DNA of 64,000 bases from an uncultured Thermoplasmata archaeon (GCA_963768855.1 CAVYJM010000011.1:256001-320000), one strand, 5' to 3'; shown: positions 1 through 9,151, counted from the stretch's first letter. Numbers and translations: made by a program. The notes: generated from the sequence alone by a model not told the origin.

Positions 1-138
1 GCGGGCGGGCGTGAAGGGGACCGACTCACCGGGATTCCTGCGCTACCCTTTTACCTACCCGCGAAGGTACAGCGTCCAGGGCGTGCTACCCTGAGTGCAA
101 AAGGTTGGCCGTTTCATCCGAAGAACTTTGCTATCATC

Positions 139-939
139 ATGGCGATTGTGTTCTTCGGGCTCCTCGTCGTCACAAGCTACATCGAGTCGGGTCTGCCGGC
201 ACAACCAGCATGGTATCTGACAGTGACCGCGATACTCGGCGTTCTCGGCGGTTCTTGCTTCACTGCATGGCTGAGCATGAGCATCTACGAGTTCATCAGC
301 AACCAAGGGCAGGAACGCGGATACAAGCGCGAGTTCGATGTTGACCTCACGAAGAACCTGTACGGTCCGCTCTACGATGAGCTGATGATCGCCCGCATCG
401 GAATCACGTACAATTTCGAATTGCGAGAGCTACCTCAACTAGACTCGCTCAAATGGAAGTACCTGAGGCTGCTGGTGCCAGAGAGCCTGCTGGATAAGCG
501 CGAGAGGTTGACCAGCCTGGCGGCTTCGTACAGGCAAAGTTTCGGCAGAACTGGCTACGCCCTTGATGTTAGGGGCGCCCAGCTCGCCACGGCCTTCGTT
601 GAGCGCCTGGGAGGTAGCATGAACGTTGAGTCCTTTTCAGGGCAGAAGGACAGGTTGCAGGGCGGAGAGTGGCGGGCAGCTCTTGGTTCCGAGAGCCTTG
701 AGGCAAACCTTGACAGGTTATGTGGCGCGGTTGGTTCGGCAACAAAGCCTGCATCACAGAACGAGGCGAGCCAACTGGCGGGTGAATTCAAGCGGGATTT
801 CACAGACGCGATAAAGAGCGACCCAGCTGCCGTCGCGCTGATCGGACTCCGTGGGGAGCTGGACGCCCTAGCTTCGGAAGTGATAACCCAATTGAAGCCG
901 CTAATCCAGACCCCCTACCTCGGAGAGCAAGCGAGCTAG
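139..939 (+). CDS. Hypothetical protein with two N-terminal hydrophobic segments; probable cargo of an integrated element; true start uncertain
   Basis: 266-aa ORF with visibly more A/T-ending codons than flanking genes. The frame is open back to position 1, so it may start upstream of the window. Confidence 0.6.
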   Translation: MAIVFFGLLVVTSYIESGLPAQPAWYLTVTAILGVLGGSCFTAWLSMSIYEFISNQGQERGYKREFDVDLTKNLYGPLYDELMIARIGITYNFELRELPQLDSLKWKYLRLLVPESLLDKRERLTSLAASYRQSFGRTGYALDVRGAQLATAFVERLGGSMNVESFSGQKDRLQGGEWRAALGSESLEANLDRLCGAVGSATKPASQNEASQLAGEFKRDFTDAIKSDPAAVALIGLRGELDALASEVITQLKPLIQTPYLGEQAS

Positions 940-964
940 TCGCGACCGTTGGGAAACAGGGAAG

Positions 965-986
965 TGCCCGCCCCGAAGGGCGGGCA
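965..986. repeat. Perfect 9-bp hairpin (TGCCCGCCC-CGAA-GGGCGGGCA) between convergent ORFs
   Basis: Inverted repeat read directly, 25 bp after the stop of 139..939. Confidence 0.7.
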
Positions 987-1046
987 TGAACCGGGCGTCC
1001 GATCAGGCTTTGAGAAGCCGGGCGGTCTGCTGGAGCTCCTTGGCGT

Positions 1047-1193
1047 CTACCTTCCAGGCCTCAGAAGCCATCGGGAAGCCCGAGCCTTCAGCCGGGCCTG
1101 CTTGGCCTCCTCGCGAAGCTGCTTGGCCATCTTGCGGCTCGCGTGGCCGTTGTTCCCTGGCGCTTGCTGACGCTGGTTGGTTTGTTTTGGCAT
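1047..1193 (-). CDS. Small basic protein (48 aa), possibly a frameshifted 63-aa gene ending at 1003
   Basis: ATG at 1193 preceded by GGTGA; translates MPKQTNQRQQAPGNNGHASRKMAKQLREEAKQARLK... No family recognised. Confidence 0.3.
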   Translation of the reverse strand: MPKQTNQRQQAPGNNGHASRKMAKQLREEAKQARLKARASRWLLRPGR

Positions 1194-1493
1194 GTCTTCA
1201 CCACGCTAGGCCATCAGAGCCTAGCCTGGGAGGTACGAGGGAAACCCCACATGTGGCGAGCGACCACGGACTAACAAGCGGGGAGCCCATCCTGGCTGGG
1301 GTGTCCTACCGATTATATCGTCGGCTAACCCGATGGTGTAAAGCCTTACTCCTCGGGTGAACGAAGGGCCAACATCCCCACCCGCGCGGGTGGGCGTGAG
1401 GGGAGCAAGACCGGGACTGGACGAAGCCCCACCAAGGGGTCAAGACGACCGGTTCCGCTTCGTGAGGCGCTGCTGTTAAGATTCGAACCGGTT

Positions 1494-1517
1494 CCGGTTC
1501 GAATCCGGTCGAGCCCA
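1494..1517 (+). other. Isolated tRNA 3' fragment (T-arm, acceptor strand and discriminator A); probable att site of an integrated element lying to the left
   Basis: CCGG-TTCGAAT-CCGGT-CGAGCCC-A followed by CCCTTTTT. No matching 5' half (GGGCTCG...) found in 1-1493. Confidence 0.6.
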
Positions 1518-1550
1518 TCCGTCCCTTTTTCGAGCGGCCCTCGCGCCCGC

Positions 1551-3035
1551 TCAGTCCCCCCCGCGGGGGCGCTCCCGCACGAGGGAGACCAGGAGCGCGC
1601 TCGCGAGGAGGATTCCCGCGTTGAGAGCGAGGGCGAGGGTCCACGTGCCCGTCGTCTGGCGGAGGACGCCTCCGACGACCGGGGAGAGAACGGCGCCGAT
1701 CTCGGCAACCAGGTTCCACGCCCCGAACGCCTGGGCCTGGAGCGCGAGCGGGGCGAGGTCCGAGGTCATTGCCATGTGGACGGTCTGCATCGCCGCGAAG
1801 GGCAGCCCGATCGCGAACAGGAGCCCTCCCAGCACGAAGAGGTTGGAGGAGCCCATGTGGACGTACGCCGCGAGGGCGGCCACGAGCAGGGCGGTCGCGC
1901 CGCCAAGGATCACGCACAGGCGGCGCCGCCCGAGGCCCCGCATGAACGACCGGTCGGCGATCCAGCCGCCGAGAGGATAGCCGATGCCGTTCGCGATCCC
2001 GAACGCCCCGGCGAACGCCCACCCGATCACCGGCGCGGTGTTCGCGGTCTCGCTGAGGATCTGTCCTGACCAGAAGCCGAACAGCCACAGGGTCCAGAGG
2101 ATCGCGATTGCCGAGACGTACATCAGGAGGAGGTTGCGGTCCTTCAGGACCGGAGCGGATTCCCGTCCGAGCCGGACATAGATTAGCGCGATCAGGGCGA
2201 AGGCGACCGCGATCACGGCCACGGCCTGGAGGACGCGCGCGAACCCGAGTCCGGCGTCCCCGGCCAGGACGAGCGGCTCCGTGAGGACGTACGTTCCCAG
2301 GAGGATCGCGAGGAAGACGGCCGAGATCCCCGCGAGGCGCGCAGCCGCTGCAAACAGGCGCGTGCGCTCCCGGAGGGCCGCGTCGGTCGGATTCGTGACG
2401 TCGTCCACGCGCACGATCCGGAGGAAGAGGAGCCCGACGGCCGCCGTGGGCACGGCAAAGAGCAGGAACACCGCGCGCCACGCGGCATCCGCTCCCCACA
2501 GGGAGGCGGCCCAATCGAGTATCGGAACCGTCCAGATCGTCGCAAGCGTCAGTCCCGTGGCGAGGCCAACGAAGACGATGCCCATGCCGAGCGCCCTCTT
2601 CGCCTCCGGGGTCACGAGGCGCACGAGGGCGCGATCGTTCGAGTAGTAGGCCCCCTCTCCGAGCCCCGTGGCCACCCGGAGCCCGACGAAGCTCAGGACG
2701 GAGCCCGCCGCCGCCGAGGCCGCGGTCGCGAGTGCGGACCAGAGGGTCGAGATCACGATCATCACCTTGCGTCCGTAGCGGTCACCCAGGTATCCCGCGG
2801 GGAATTGGGTGAGCATGTAACCCGCGAAGAACATGGAGCCGATGATGCCCCCCAGCGCGTAGGGGTAGCCCGTCGCCAGGAAGCCCACCCGGTTCGCGAT
2901 CATCCAGCTGACGATGGGCCCGGTGATCGTCCGGTCCGCGTAGGCCACGGTCCACGCGAGGAACAGGAGGATCCACACGCGCCGGTATGGCGTCGGAGCG
3001 CGGTGGTTTCTAGGACTCGACTCGGTAGCGGTCAA
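1551..3035 (-). CDS. MFS transporter
   Basis: About 12 hydrophobic helices; N-terminal YADR motif and motif A GYLGDRYGRK. Confidence 0.9.
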   Translation of the reverse strand: MTATESSPRNHRAPTPYRRVWILLFLAWTVAYADRTITGPIVSWMIANRVGFLATGYPYALGGIIGSMFFAGYMLTQFPAGYLGDRYGRKVMIVISTLWSALATAASAAAGSVLSFVGLRVATGLGEGAYYSNDRALVRLVTPEAKRALGMGIVFVGLATGLTLATIWTVPILDWAASLWGADAAWRAVFLLFAVPTAAVGLLFLRIVRVDDVTNPTDAALRERTRLFAAAARLAGISAVFLAILLGTYVLTEPLVLAGDAGLGFARVLQAVAVIAVAFALIALIYVRLGRESAPVLKDRNLLLMYVSAIAILWTLWLFGFWSGQILSETANTAPVIGWAFAGAFGIANGIGYPLGGWIADRSFMRGLGRRRLCVILGGATALLVAALAAYVHMGSSNLFVLGGLLFAIGLPFAAMQTVHMAMTSDLAPLALQAQAFGAWNLVAEIGAVLSPVVGGVLRQTTGTWTLALALNAGILLASALLVSLVRERPRGGD

Positions 3036-3156
3036 GAGCGTCGCCTCTCAACCGCTTCCTGGATTGGCGGGCTGGAAGCAGGCGAACAATGCCCGAGGAG
3101 CGCAGCTCCCTGAGGCGGGAGGACGCGGCCGTCGTTTTAGCTTTGCGGTCCAACCG

Positions 3157-5070
3157 TCATGCGAGGTGCGTTTCGAACCAGCGCAGGTAGGCTTTGAGCC
3201 GCGCGATTCGGTGTTTCGGCTTCCCCGCACGGGAGAGGTCGTGGTTCTCCTTAGGGAACAGGACCATCTCCGCCTCCTTGCCGTAGTACTTCAGGGCGGT
3301 GAAGAACTGGACCGCCTCGACGTGCCAGCAGCGGTAGTCCTCGAAGGAATGCACGAGGAGGACGGGCGTCGTCACGTTCTTGACATACCGCAGCGGGGAC
3401 TTCGCGTTCGTCGCCGCCTCGTCGTCCCACGGGTCGGTGCCGATCTGGTCGCGGGTGAAGTGGGGGCCGATGTCGCTCGTGCCCCAGAACGTCCACCAGC
3501 TCGAGATGGACCGATCCGTGACGGCGGCTCGGAAGCGGTCCGTCTGCGTCACGACCCAGTTCGTCATGAACCCGCCGTACGAGCCGCCCGCGACCGCGAG
3601 CCTCGACCCGTCCACGAAGGGATAGTGCGCGATCGCATGGTCGACTGCCTCCATGAGGTCCTGGTAGTCCCGCTCCCCGTAGCGCTTGCGAATGTCCGCG
3701 AACCCTTCCGTGTATCCGTCGCTGCCGCGGGGGTTCGTGTAGAGGACCGCGTACCCCTTGGCCGCGAACACCTGGAACTCGTGGAGGTACGTGTACCCGA
3801 AGGCGGTTTTGGGCCCGCCGTGGACGTACAGGATCGTCGGGAGCTTGCCTTCCTTCCGCGGCTTGAGGATCCATCCCTCGACGGTCACCCCGTCGCTCGC
3901 CTGGAACGTGAATCGCTCGGGCGCCAGGAGCTCGAGATCCGTCCCGGCCTTCTCGTTGAACGCGGTGAGCGTCCTCACCTTTCCGTCGAACGCATACAGC
4001 TCCGGGAGCCGCACGCGCTCCATCGCGGTGAAGACCACCGTCCCGCCGTGGACCTGGAAGGACTCCACGCTCCGCTCTCCTCCGAGGACGACCTCTGAAT
4101 GGCGGTCCGAGGGGCGGATCGCCTGCAGGTGGACCGCGCCGCCCTCGGCCACCGCGAAGTAGATGCGGTCGCCGACCCACTTCGGCTCCGTGTTCATGCC
4201 GCCCATGCGAACGTCGCAGTTCAGCCCGTTGCTCACGTTCCGGTCCAGCTGGTCGAGACGCTCGGGGGTCCCGCCGGCCGCGTCGATCCACCACACGTGC
4301 TCGTGGGACGCGAATCCATGCGGGAGGTCGTCGCCCGTGAAGGCGAGCTTCCGGTCGTCGGGCGACCAAGCGACGCCGCCGATCTCCATCGTGTGCTTCG
4401 TGAGCTGCTTCGCGACGCCCGTGGCCACGTCGAAGACGAACAGGTCTTGGAGGTAGGGGCGCAGGTTCTCCGTCGAGGCCGTGTAGGCGATCCGCCCACC
4501 GTCGCGGGACCAGTAGGCATGGATCACGTCGAACTCGCCCTGGGTCAGCTGCTTCATCTCGTTCGTCGCGAGGTCGAGGACGAAGACGTGCTTCCGCAGG
4601 TTGTAGATGAAGCCCTTGTCGTTGAACCAGAAGTTGATCCGGCGGATCGTCCGGACGTCCTCGTCGTCCGTCCCGACGTTCGACAGGAATAGGACACGCC
4701 TCCCGTCGGGGGACCAGGCGGGCGCCTCGATCCCCTCCTTGCGGCGGAGGAGGAGCTTCGCCTCGCCGCCGTCGACCGGGATCGCGTAGAGCCCGTTCCC
4801 CTTGTCGTCCTTCCCCATCTCCCGCCGCGAAGTGAACAGGATCCGCTTCCCGTCGGGCGAGAACCGGGGTCCCGAGTCCTTGCCCGCGGTCGTGAGCTGC
4901 CGCGGCGAGCCGCCCTTCAGGGGGACGAGCCAGAGGTTGCCTTCGTACTCGTCCTTCTCCAGGAGGGCGTGGTGCACCGAGATCGCGGCGAGCGTGCCGT
5001 CCGGGGAGAGGCTGGGCTCGGAGAGCATCGCGTACGCGGTGAGGTCTTCGGGTTCGATGGGGCGGGGCAT
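3157..5070 (-). CDS. S9 family peptidase (acylaminoacyl/dipeptidyl peptidase-like)
   Basis: Beta-propeller repeats (SPDG), nucleophile motif GGSYGG, catalytic Asp/His region (EDYRC, ENHDL). Confidence 0.93.
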   Translation of the reverse strand: MPRPIEPEDLTAYAMLSEPSLSPDGTLAAISVHHALLEKDEYEGNLWLVPLKGGSPRQLTTAGKDSGPRFSPDGKRILFTSRREMGKDDKGNGLYAIPVDGGEAKLLLRRKEGIEAPAWSPDGRRVLFLSNVGTDDEDVRTIRRINFWFNDKGFIYNLRKHVFVLDLATNEMKQLTQGEFDVIHAYWSRDGGRIAYTASTENLRPYLQDLFVFDVATGVAKQLTKHTMEIGGVAWSPDDRKLAFTGDDLPHGFASHEHVWWIDAAGGTPERLDQLDRNVSNGLNCDVRMGGMNTEPKWVGDRIYFAVAEGGAVHLQAIRPSDRHSEVVLGGERSVESFQVHGGTVVFTAMERVRLPELYAFDGKVRTLTAFNEKAGTDLELLAPERFTFQASDGVTVEGWILKPRKEGKLPTILYVHGGPKTAFGYTYLHEFQVFAAKGYAVLYTNPRGSDGYTEGFADIRKRYGERDYQDLMEAVDHAIAHYPFVDGSRLAVAGGSYGGFMTNWVVTQTDRFRAAVTDRSISSWWTFWGTSDIGPHFTRDQIGTDPWDDEAATNAKSPLRYVKNVTTPVLLVHSFEDYRCWHVEAVQFFTALKYYGKEAEMVLFPKENHDLSRAGKPKHRIARLKAYLRWFETHLA

Positions 5071-5092
5071 GGGTCCCGTCAGCGCTGGACCG

Positions 5093-5102
5093 GGTTTAAA
5101 CC
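5093..5102. promoter_or_regulatory. Palindromic TATA-like box between divergent genes
   Basis: GGTTTAAACC in the short intergenic gap between the S9 peptidase and MscS genes. Confidence 0.45.
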
Positions 5103-5170
5103 TCGCGCGGTCCGAGGCCCACCTTTCGGGCGAGCGCAGAGTTCAAGCCCCTGACGGATTGCGGGGCTGC

Positions 5171-5677
5171 ATGGTCGTCGTATTCGGCATCGACATCTCG
5201 GAGGACATCCTCCTGAAGGTCGCGAGGATCACCGTCATCGGCGTCGGATCCATCCTGATCGCGACCTTCCTCCGGAGGCTGTTCAACCGCCTCCTGGGCA
5301 AGGCCCCAGAGCGGGCGGTCCGGGGCGTGAGCCGGGTGCTCCAGCTGATCGTCTACGTCATCGGCGCCCTCGCGATCCTCGCGACGCTGGACGTCGACGT
5401 GTCGTCCGTGGTCATCAGCCTCGGGGCCGCGAGCATCGCGGTATCGTTCGCCCTCAGCACCCTCATCAACAATCTGGTGGCAGGATTCCTGATCCAGGCG
5501 GACGGAACAGTTCGGGTGGGCGACAACGTCTCGTTCGGGGGCATCGAAGGACGCGTCGTCCGGATGCGGACGCGGGCGATGATGGTCGTCATGAAGGACG
5601 GCGGGATCGTGTTCGTCCCGAACGCGTACTTCATGTCGAACCCCGTCGTCAACCGGGGGCGCGACACGCAGCACTAG
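5171..5677 (+). CDS. Small-conductance mechanosensitive channel (MscS family, short form)
   Basis: TM segments, then LINNLVAGFLI...VRVGDNV...G.V...VPN. Start moved to ATG 5171. Confidence 0.85.
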   Translation: MVVVFGIDISEDILLKVARITVIGVGSILIATFLRRLFNRLLGKAPERAVRGVSRVLQLIVYVIGALAILATLDVDVSSVVISLGAASIAVSFALSTLINNLVAGFLIQADGTVRVGDNVSFGGIEGRVVRMRTRAMMVVMKDGGIVFVPNAYFMSNPVVNRGRDTQH

Positions 5678-6240
5678 CCCAGATCGGGGGACGCGATCCG
5701 CCGCACGACCGCGAGGGCCATCTTCCCGAACACGGGGTTCACGTTGTCGCCCGTCTTGGCGGACGCCCAGACAGCGAAGCCATGGCTCCGCTCCGCCCGT
5801 TCCTGCGGCTCGTTCTCGTCGTAGAGGCACATGATCTCGCCCTTGAGGTCCGTCTTGTTGACCACGAGGGCGAGGGGCACCTCCCCGGCCACCTTGAACG
5901 CCGCGGAGATCCATTCGTCGAGCGCCTCGAAGGTCGAGTAGCGCGTGACGTCGCAGACGGCGATGATGCCCTGCGCGCCTTTCAGGTACTCCTGGTGGAG
6001 CGTGTCGAGGTAGGACCGCTCGCCGATGAGGTCCCAGATCGAGAGCTGGACCTCGATGTTCCGCGGCGGGTCGCTCCGCGAGGTGAGCCAGATCTTCTTG
6101 AGGCTCACCTTGCTGCCGAGGGTCGAGATGTAGCGATCGTCGAAGGAGTCCTCCACGTAGCGACGGATCAAGGAGGTCTTCCCGACGGCAGCTTCGCCGA
6201 TGAGGCAGATCTTTGCCTTCAGTATCCCGTTGAGTTCCAA
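5674..6240 (-). CDS. Rab/Ras-like small GTPase
   Basis: G1 GEAAVGKTS, G2 YISTLG, G3 WDLIGE, G4 NKTD, G5 SAK. Confidence 0.9.
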   Translation of the reverse strand: MELNGILKAKICLIGEAAVGKTSLIRRYVEDSFDDRYISTLGSKVSLKKIWLTSRSDPPRNIEVQLSIWDLIGERSYLDTLHQEYLKGAQGIIAVCDVTRYSTFEALDEWISAAFKVAGEVPLALVVNKTDLKGEIMCLYDENEPQERAERSHGFAVWASAKTGDNVNPVFGKMALAVVRRIASPDLG

Positions 6241-6314
6241 GCGGTCGCGAGTCGGCCGCGGGCGGTATCAACGCTCCGTCCTCGTTATCAGGCGTGAGAT
6301 GCGGTTGCCGGCCC

Positions 6315-7952
6315 TCATCCGTGCCGGAGGACCCGTCCGGAGCGGCTGCCCGTCGGCGCTCCTTCCCGGACCGCGACCTCGCCGTTCACGAGGACCCAGT
6401 CGATGCCTTCCGGGAAGTCGTGCGGGTAGTTCTCGAAGGGATAGGGGTGGGGCCATAGGTTCGTCGCGCGGTCCCGCACCCGGGGCAGGTCGAAGACCAC
6501 GAGGTCGGCCCAGGACCCCGGACGGACGAGCCCGCGGTCCGTGAGGCCGAGCTTCGCGGCGGGCATGCCCGTGCTCTTCCAGATCGCCTCCTCGAGCCGC
6601 AGGACCGGCTCCTTCACGACGAAGCGCTCGAGGGCGCCGGGGTACTCGCCGAAGGTGCATGGAAGGTAGGGTGCGAGCGGCGCGGTCCGCTGCCCCCGCG
6701 GCAGGATCCAGCCGTCCGAGCAGATCATGACGAGCGGGTGGCGCAAGGTGGCCTTGACCTCCTCGATGTCGATGTAGTCGAACAGCCCGACCGCCTCGTC
6801 GCGCTCCTCGATGATGGCGTCGAAGTACGCGGTCCAGGGGTCGACGCCGCGCTTCTCGGCGAGTGCCGCCACGGTCAGCCCTTCCTTCGTCTGGTCGTGC
6901 GGGCAACGCAGGAAGAAGATCCGGTCGAAGCGCTCGTGGACCAGCAGGCCGACGTACCCCGCGGCGGGCTTCTTGTCCTCTTGGATCTCGCGCTTCAGCT
7001 CCTCCCGCTTCGCGGGATCCCGCAGCATCGCCAGGAGCTCGTCCGTCGGCAGCTTCTGCGTCCACTGCGGCAGGCCGTGGCTCAGGCTCGGCCCGAAGTC
7101 CGTGTGCATGTCGTTGTCAACGGTCACCTCGACGCCTCGCGCGCGGGCCTCCTCCCAGAGCCTCTGCACCTCCCTCGCGTGGACCGTCGCCCCGTACTTG
7201 GGCGCGTTGTGGCTGATCTGGACGGGGCAGCCGGCGCGCTCGCCGATCACGATGCACTCCGCGACCGCCTCGAGAATCGTCTCTCGCTCCCCGCGGATGT
7301 GGGACGCGTAGAACCCTTCGTGCCGGGCGACGACCTTCGCGAGCTCGACGATCTCCTCCGTCGCGGCAAAGCACCCGGGCGGGTAGACGAGGCCCGTGCT
7401 CAGGCCGAAGGCGCCCGCGCGCATCGCCTCGTCCACGCTGCCCTTCATCTCCCGCAGCTCCGCCCTCGTCGGCGCGCGCTCGTCGAAGCCCATCGCCGCG
7501 AGCCGCACGGATCCGTGGCCGACGAGTCCGGCGACGTTGATCCCCACGCCCCCCTTCTCCAGGAACTCGAGGTACTCGCCGTACGTCGACCAGGTCCACT
7601 CTGACGCCTCGGCGTAGTACGTGAAACGCCGCACGGCGAGCTCGCGATACCGGTCGCTGATCGGCGCAGGAGAGTCTCCGCAATTCCCGATGACCTGGGT
7701 CGTGACGCCCTGCCGGACGGCGGCCTCGGCGGTCCGCTCGACCAGGAGGCCCACGTCGCTGTGCGTGTGGATGTCGATGAAGCCCGGGGCCACGTACTTC
7801 CCCGAGGCGTCGATCTCCAGGGCGGCTTTCCCGCGGCCCAGGTCGCCGACGCGGGCGATCTTCCCCTTCCGGATGCCCACGTCGCGCAGGGACCACGGCA
7901 TCCCGGTTCCGTCGAGTAGCCGGCCGTTCCGGATGACCACGTCGAAGGGCAT
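6315..7952 (-). CDS. N-acyl-D-amino-acid deacylase (amidohydrolase family)
   Basis: APGFIDIHTHSD, GVTTQVIGNCG, HIRGE, SDG, GSWADLVVFD motifs. Confidence 0.9.
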   Translation of the reverse strand: MPFDVVIRNGRLLDGTGMPWSLRDVGIRKGKIARVGDLGRGKAALEIDASGKYVAPGFIDIHTHSDVGLLVERTAEAAVRQGVTTQVIGNCGDSPAPISDRYRELAVRRFTYYAEASEWTWSTYGEYLEFLEKGGVGINVAGLVGHGSVRLAAMGFDERAPTRAELREMKGSVDEAMRAGAFGLSTGLVYPPGCFAATEEIVELAKVVARHEGFYASHIRGERETILEAVAECIVIGERAGCPVQISHNAPKYGATVHAREVQRLWEEARARGVEVTVDNDMHTDFGPSLSHGLPQWTQKLPTDELLAMLRDPAKREELKREIQEDKKPAAGYVGLLVHERFDRIFFLRCPHDQTKEGLTVAALAEKRGVDPWTAYFDAIIEERDEAVGLFDYIDIEEVKATLRHPLVMICSDGWILPRGQRTAPLAPYLPCTFGEYPGALERFVVKEPVLRLEEAIWKSTGMPAAKLGLTDRGLVRPGSWADLVVFDLPRVRDRATNLWPHPYPFENYPHDFPEGIDWVLVNGEVAVREGAPTGSRSGRVLRHG

Positions 7953-8040
7953 GCGAGCGGCAACCCACGCAGGAGGTTAAACCCGCCGCCGGGGCATCCA
8001 GGGGCGAGGCCGTCGCCACGCGTCCGCGTCGATTCGCAAA

Positions 8041-8060
8041 TCAACCTTGTTTAAGGTTGA
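8041..8060. promoter_or_regulatory. Perfect 8-bp inverted repeat around a TATA-like core; putative operator
   Basis: TCAACCTT-GTTT-AAGGTTGA between the divergent deacylase and MscS genes. Confidence 0.5.
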
Positions 8061-8157
8061 ATCCGCGCCGCCTCCGGAGCCGGTCCGACGGTCTCCCCGG
8101 ATTTCGTCTCCCGCTCCGCGGCCAAAACCTCTTAGAGGCTGATGGATTCGGGCTCCT

Positions 8158-9063
8158 ATGATTCTCGCGCGGGCGCGGTCCGTGTTGCGGGAGATCCTCG
8201 TCGTGGGGGTGCTCCTCGTCGCCGGAACGGCCCTCTACTGGATCCTTTCCGGACTGGGGATCATCCCGATCTCCTTCCTCATCGGGGCCCAGGTCCTCGC
8301 GGCTCTCGTCCTCGGCTACCTCGCGATCGAGGTCGGGGCGCGAGGGCTCCGCGGGATGACCGCGAGGGGGATCGGAGTGCGCCACGGCAGCGAGGTGGCG
8401 GTGGCCTTCCGATTCTTCGGCTACATCGCCCTCGCCTTCATCGTGCTCGCCCTCCTCGGTGTCACGGGGACGACCCTGCTCGCCGGCGGCACGTTCGCCG
8501 GGCTCGTCCTCGGCCTCGCCGGCACGACGGTCCTGTCGAACATCATCGGGGGCATCCTCCTCCTCATCGCTCACCCCTACGAGATCGGCGACCGCGTGAC
8601 GGTTTCGACCTGGCAGTATGGGATGGTCGTGCCCGCGTACCCGGGGAAGTACTTCTCCGACGACCGCTTCATTGTCGGCTACACCGGGGTCGTGCAGGAC
8701 CTCACCCTCACGTACACCTCCCTCGCGCTCGACGAAGGGCCGCTCATGAAGATCCCGAACAACGTCATGGTCCAGGCGGCGATCCTCCGCCACTCGACGC
8801 CCCGCTGGGTCCGGACGCGGTATGAGGTCCCCGGCCACCCGGACCCCGAGCGCCTCATCGAGGCGGTCGAGGGCGCGGTGCGCCACAACGCTTGGATCGT
8901 GGATCCCTATCGCGTGCAGGTCATGCTTCAGGCCGTCACCCCGACGTCGACGGTCCTCGCGATCGACGCGCTCTGCAAGAGCGCCTTCGAAGACCCGCCG
9001 CGCAGCTCGATCCTCGTCGACGTCTCCCGCGCCGTCTCCACGGTCACGTCCTCGGAATCCTAG
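8158..9063 (+). CDS. MscS family mechanosensitive channel
   Basis: GLVLGLAG..LSNIIGG...PYEIGDRV, KIPNN motifs. Confidence 0.88.
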   Translation: MILARARSVLREILVVGVLLVAGTALYWILSGLGIIPISFLIGAQVLAALVLGYLAIEVGARGLRGMTARGIGVRHGSEVAVAFRFFGYIALAFIVLALLGVTGTTLLAGGTFAGLVLGLAGTTVLSNIIGGILLLIAHPYEIGDRVTVSTWQYGMVVPAYPGKYFSDDRFIVGYTGVVQDLTLTYTSLALDEGPLMKIPNNVMVQAAILRHSTPRWVRTRYEVPGHPDPERLIEAVEGAVRHNAWIVDPYRVQVMLQAVTPTSTVLAIDALCKSAFEDPPRSSILVDVSRAVSTVTSSES

Positions 9064-9151
9064 CCGCTCCTTTCCCGGGTATATGCTCCCCCCGGCCCGT
9101 CTGCGCGAACGTTGTTATACCTTGCCGCCGTTCGTAGGATTATCCGATACC

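Noticed and set aside
1200-1517. RNase P RNA, SRP RNA, tmRNA or self-splicing intron
   Set aside because: GAGGGAAACCCC and GGAGCAAG resemble RNase P CR-I and CR-IV, but CR-V is absent. No SRP helix-8 motif, no G3:U70 tmRNA end, and no group I P7 or group II domain V found.
1437-1517. Complete or intron-containing tRNA (a CTGTTAA Asn-like loop is present)
   Set aside because: No 5' acceptor strand pairing with CGAGCCC and no D-arm; treated as an att fragment.
3064-4692. Long antisense and alternative-frame ORFs (e.g. 3064..4098, 9140..10483, 16721..18796, 26088..28769, 42549..44831)
   Set aside because: Shadow ORFs expected in high-GC DNA opposite well-supported genes; Arg/Pro/Gly-rich with no motifs.
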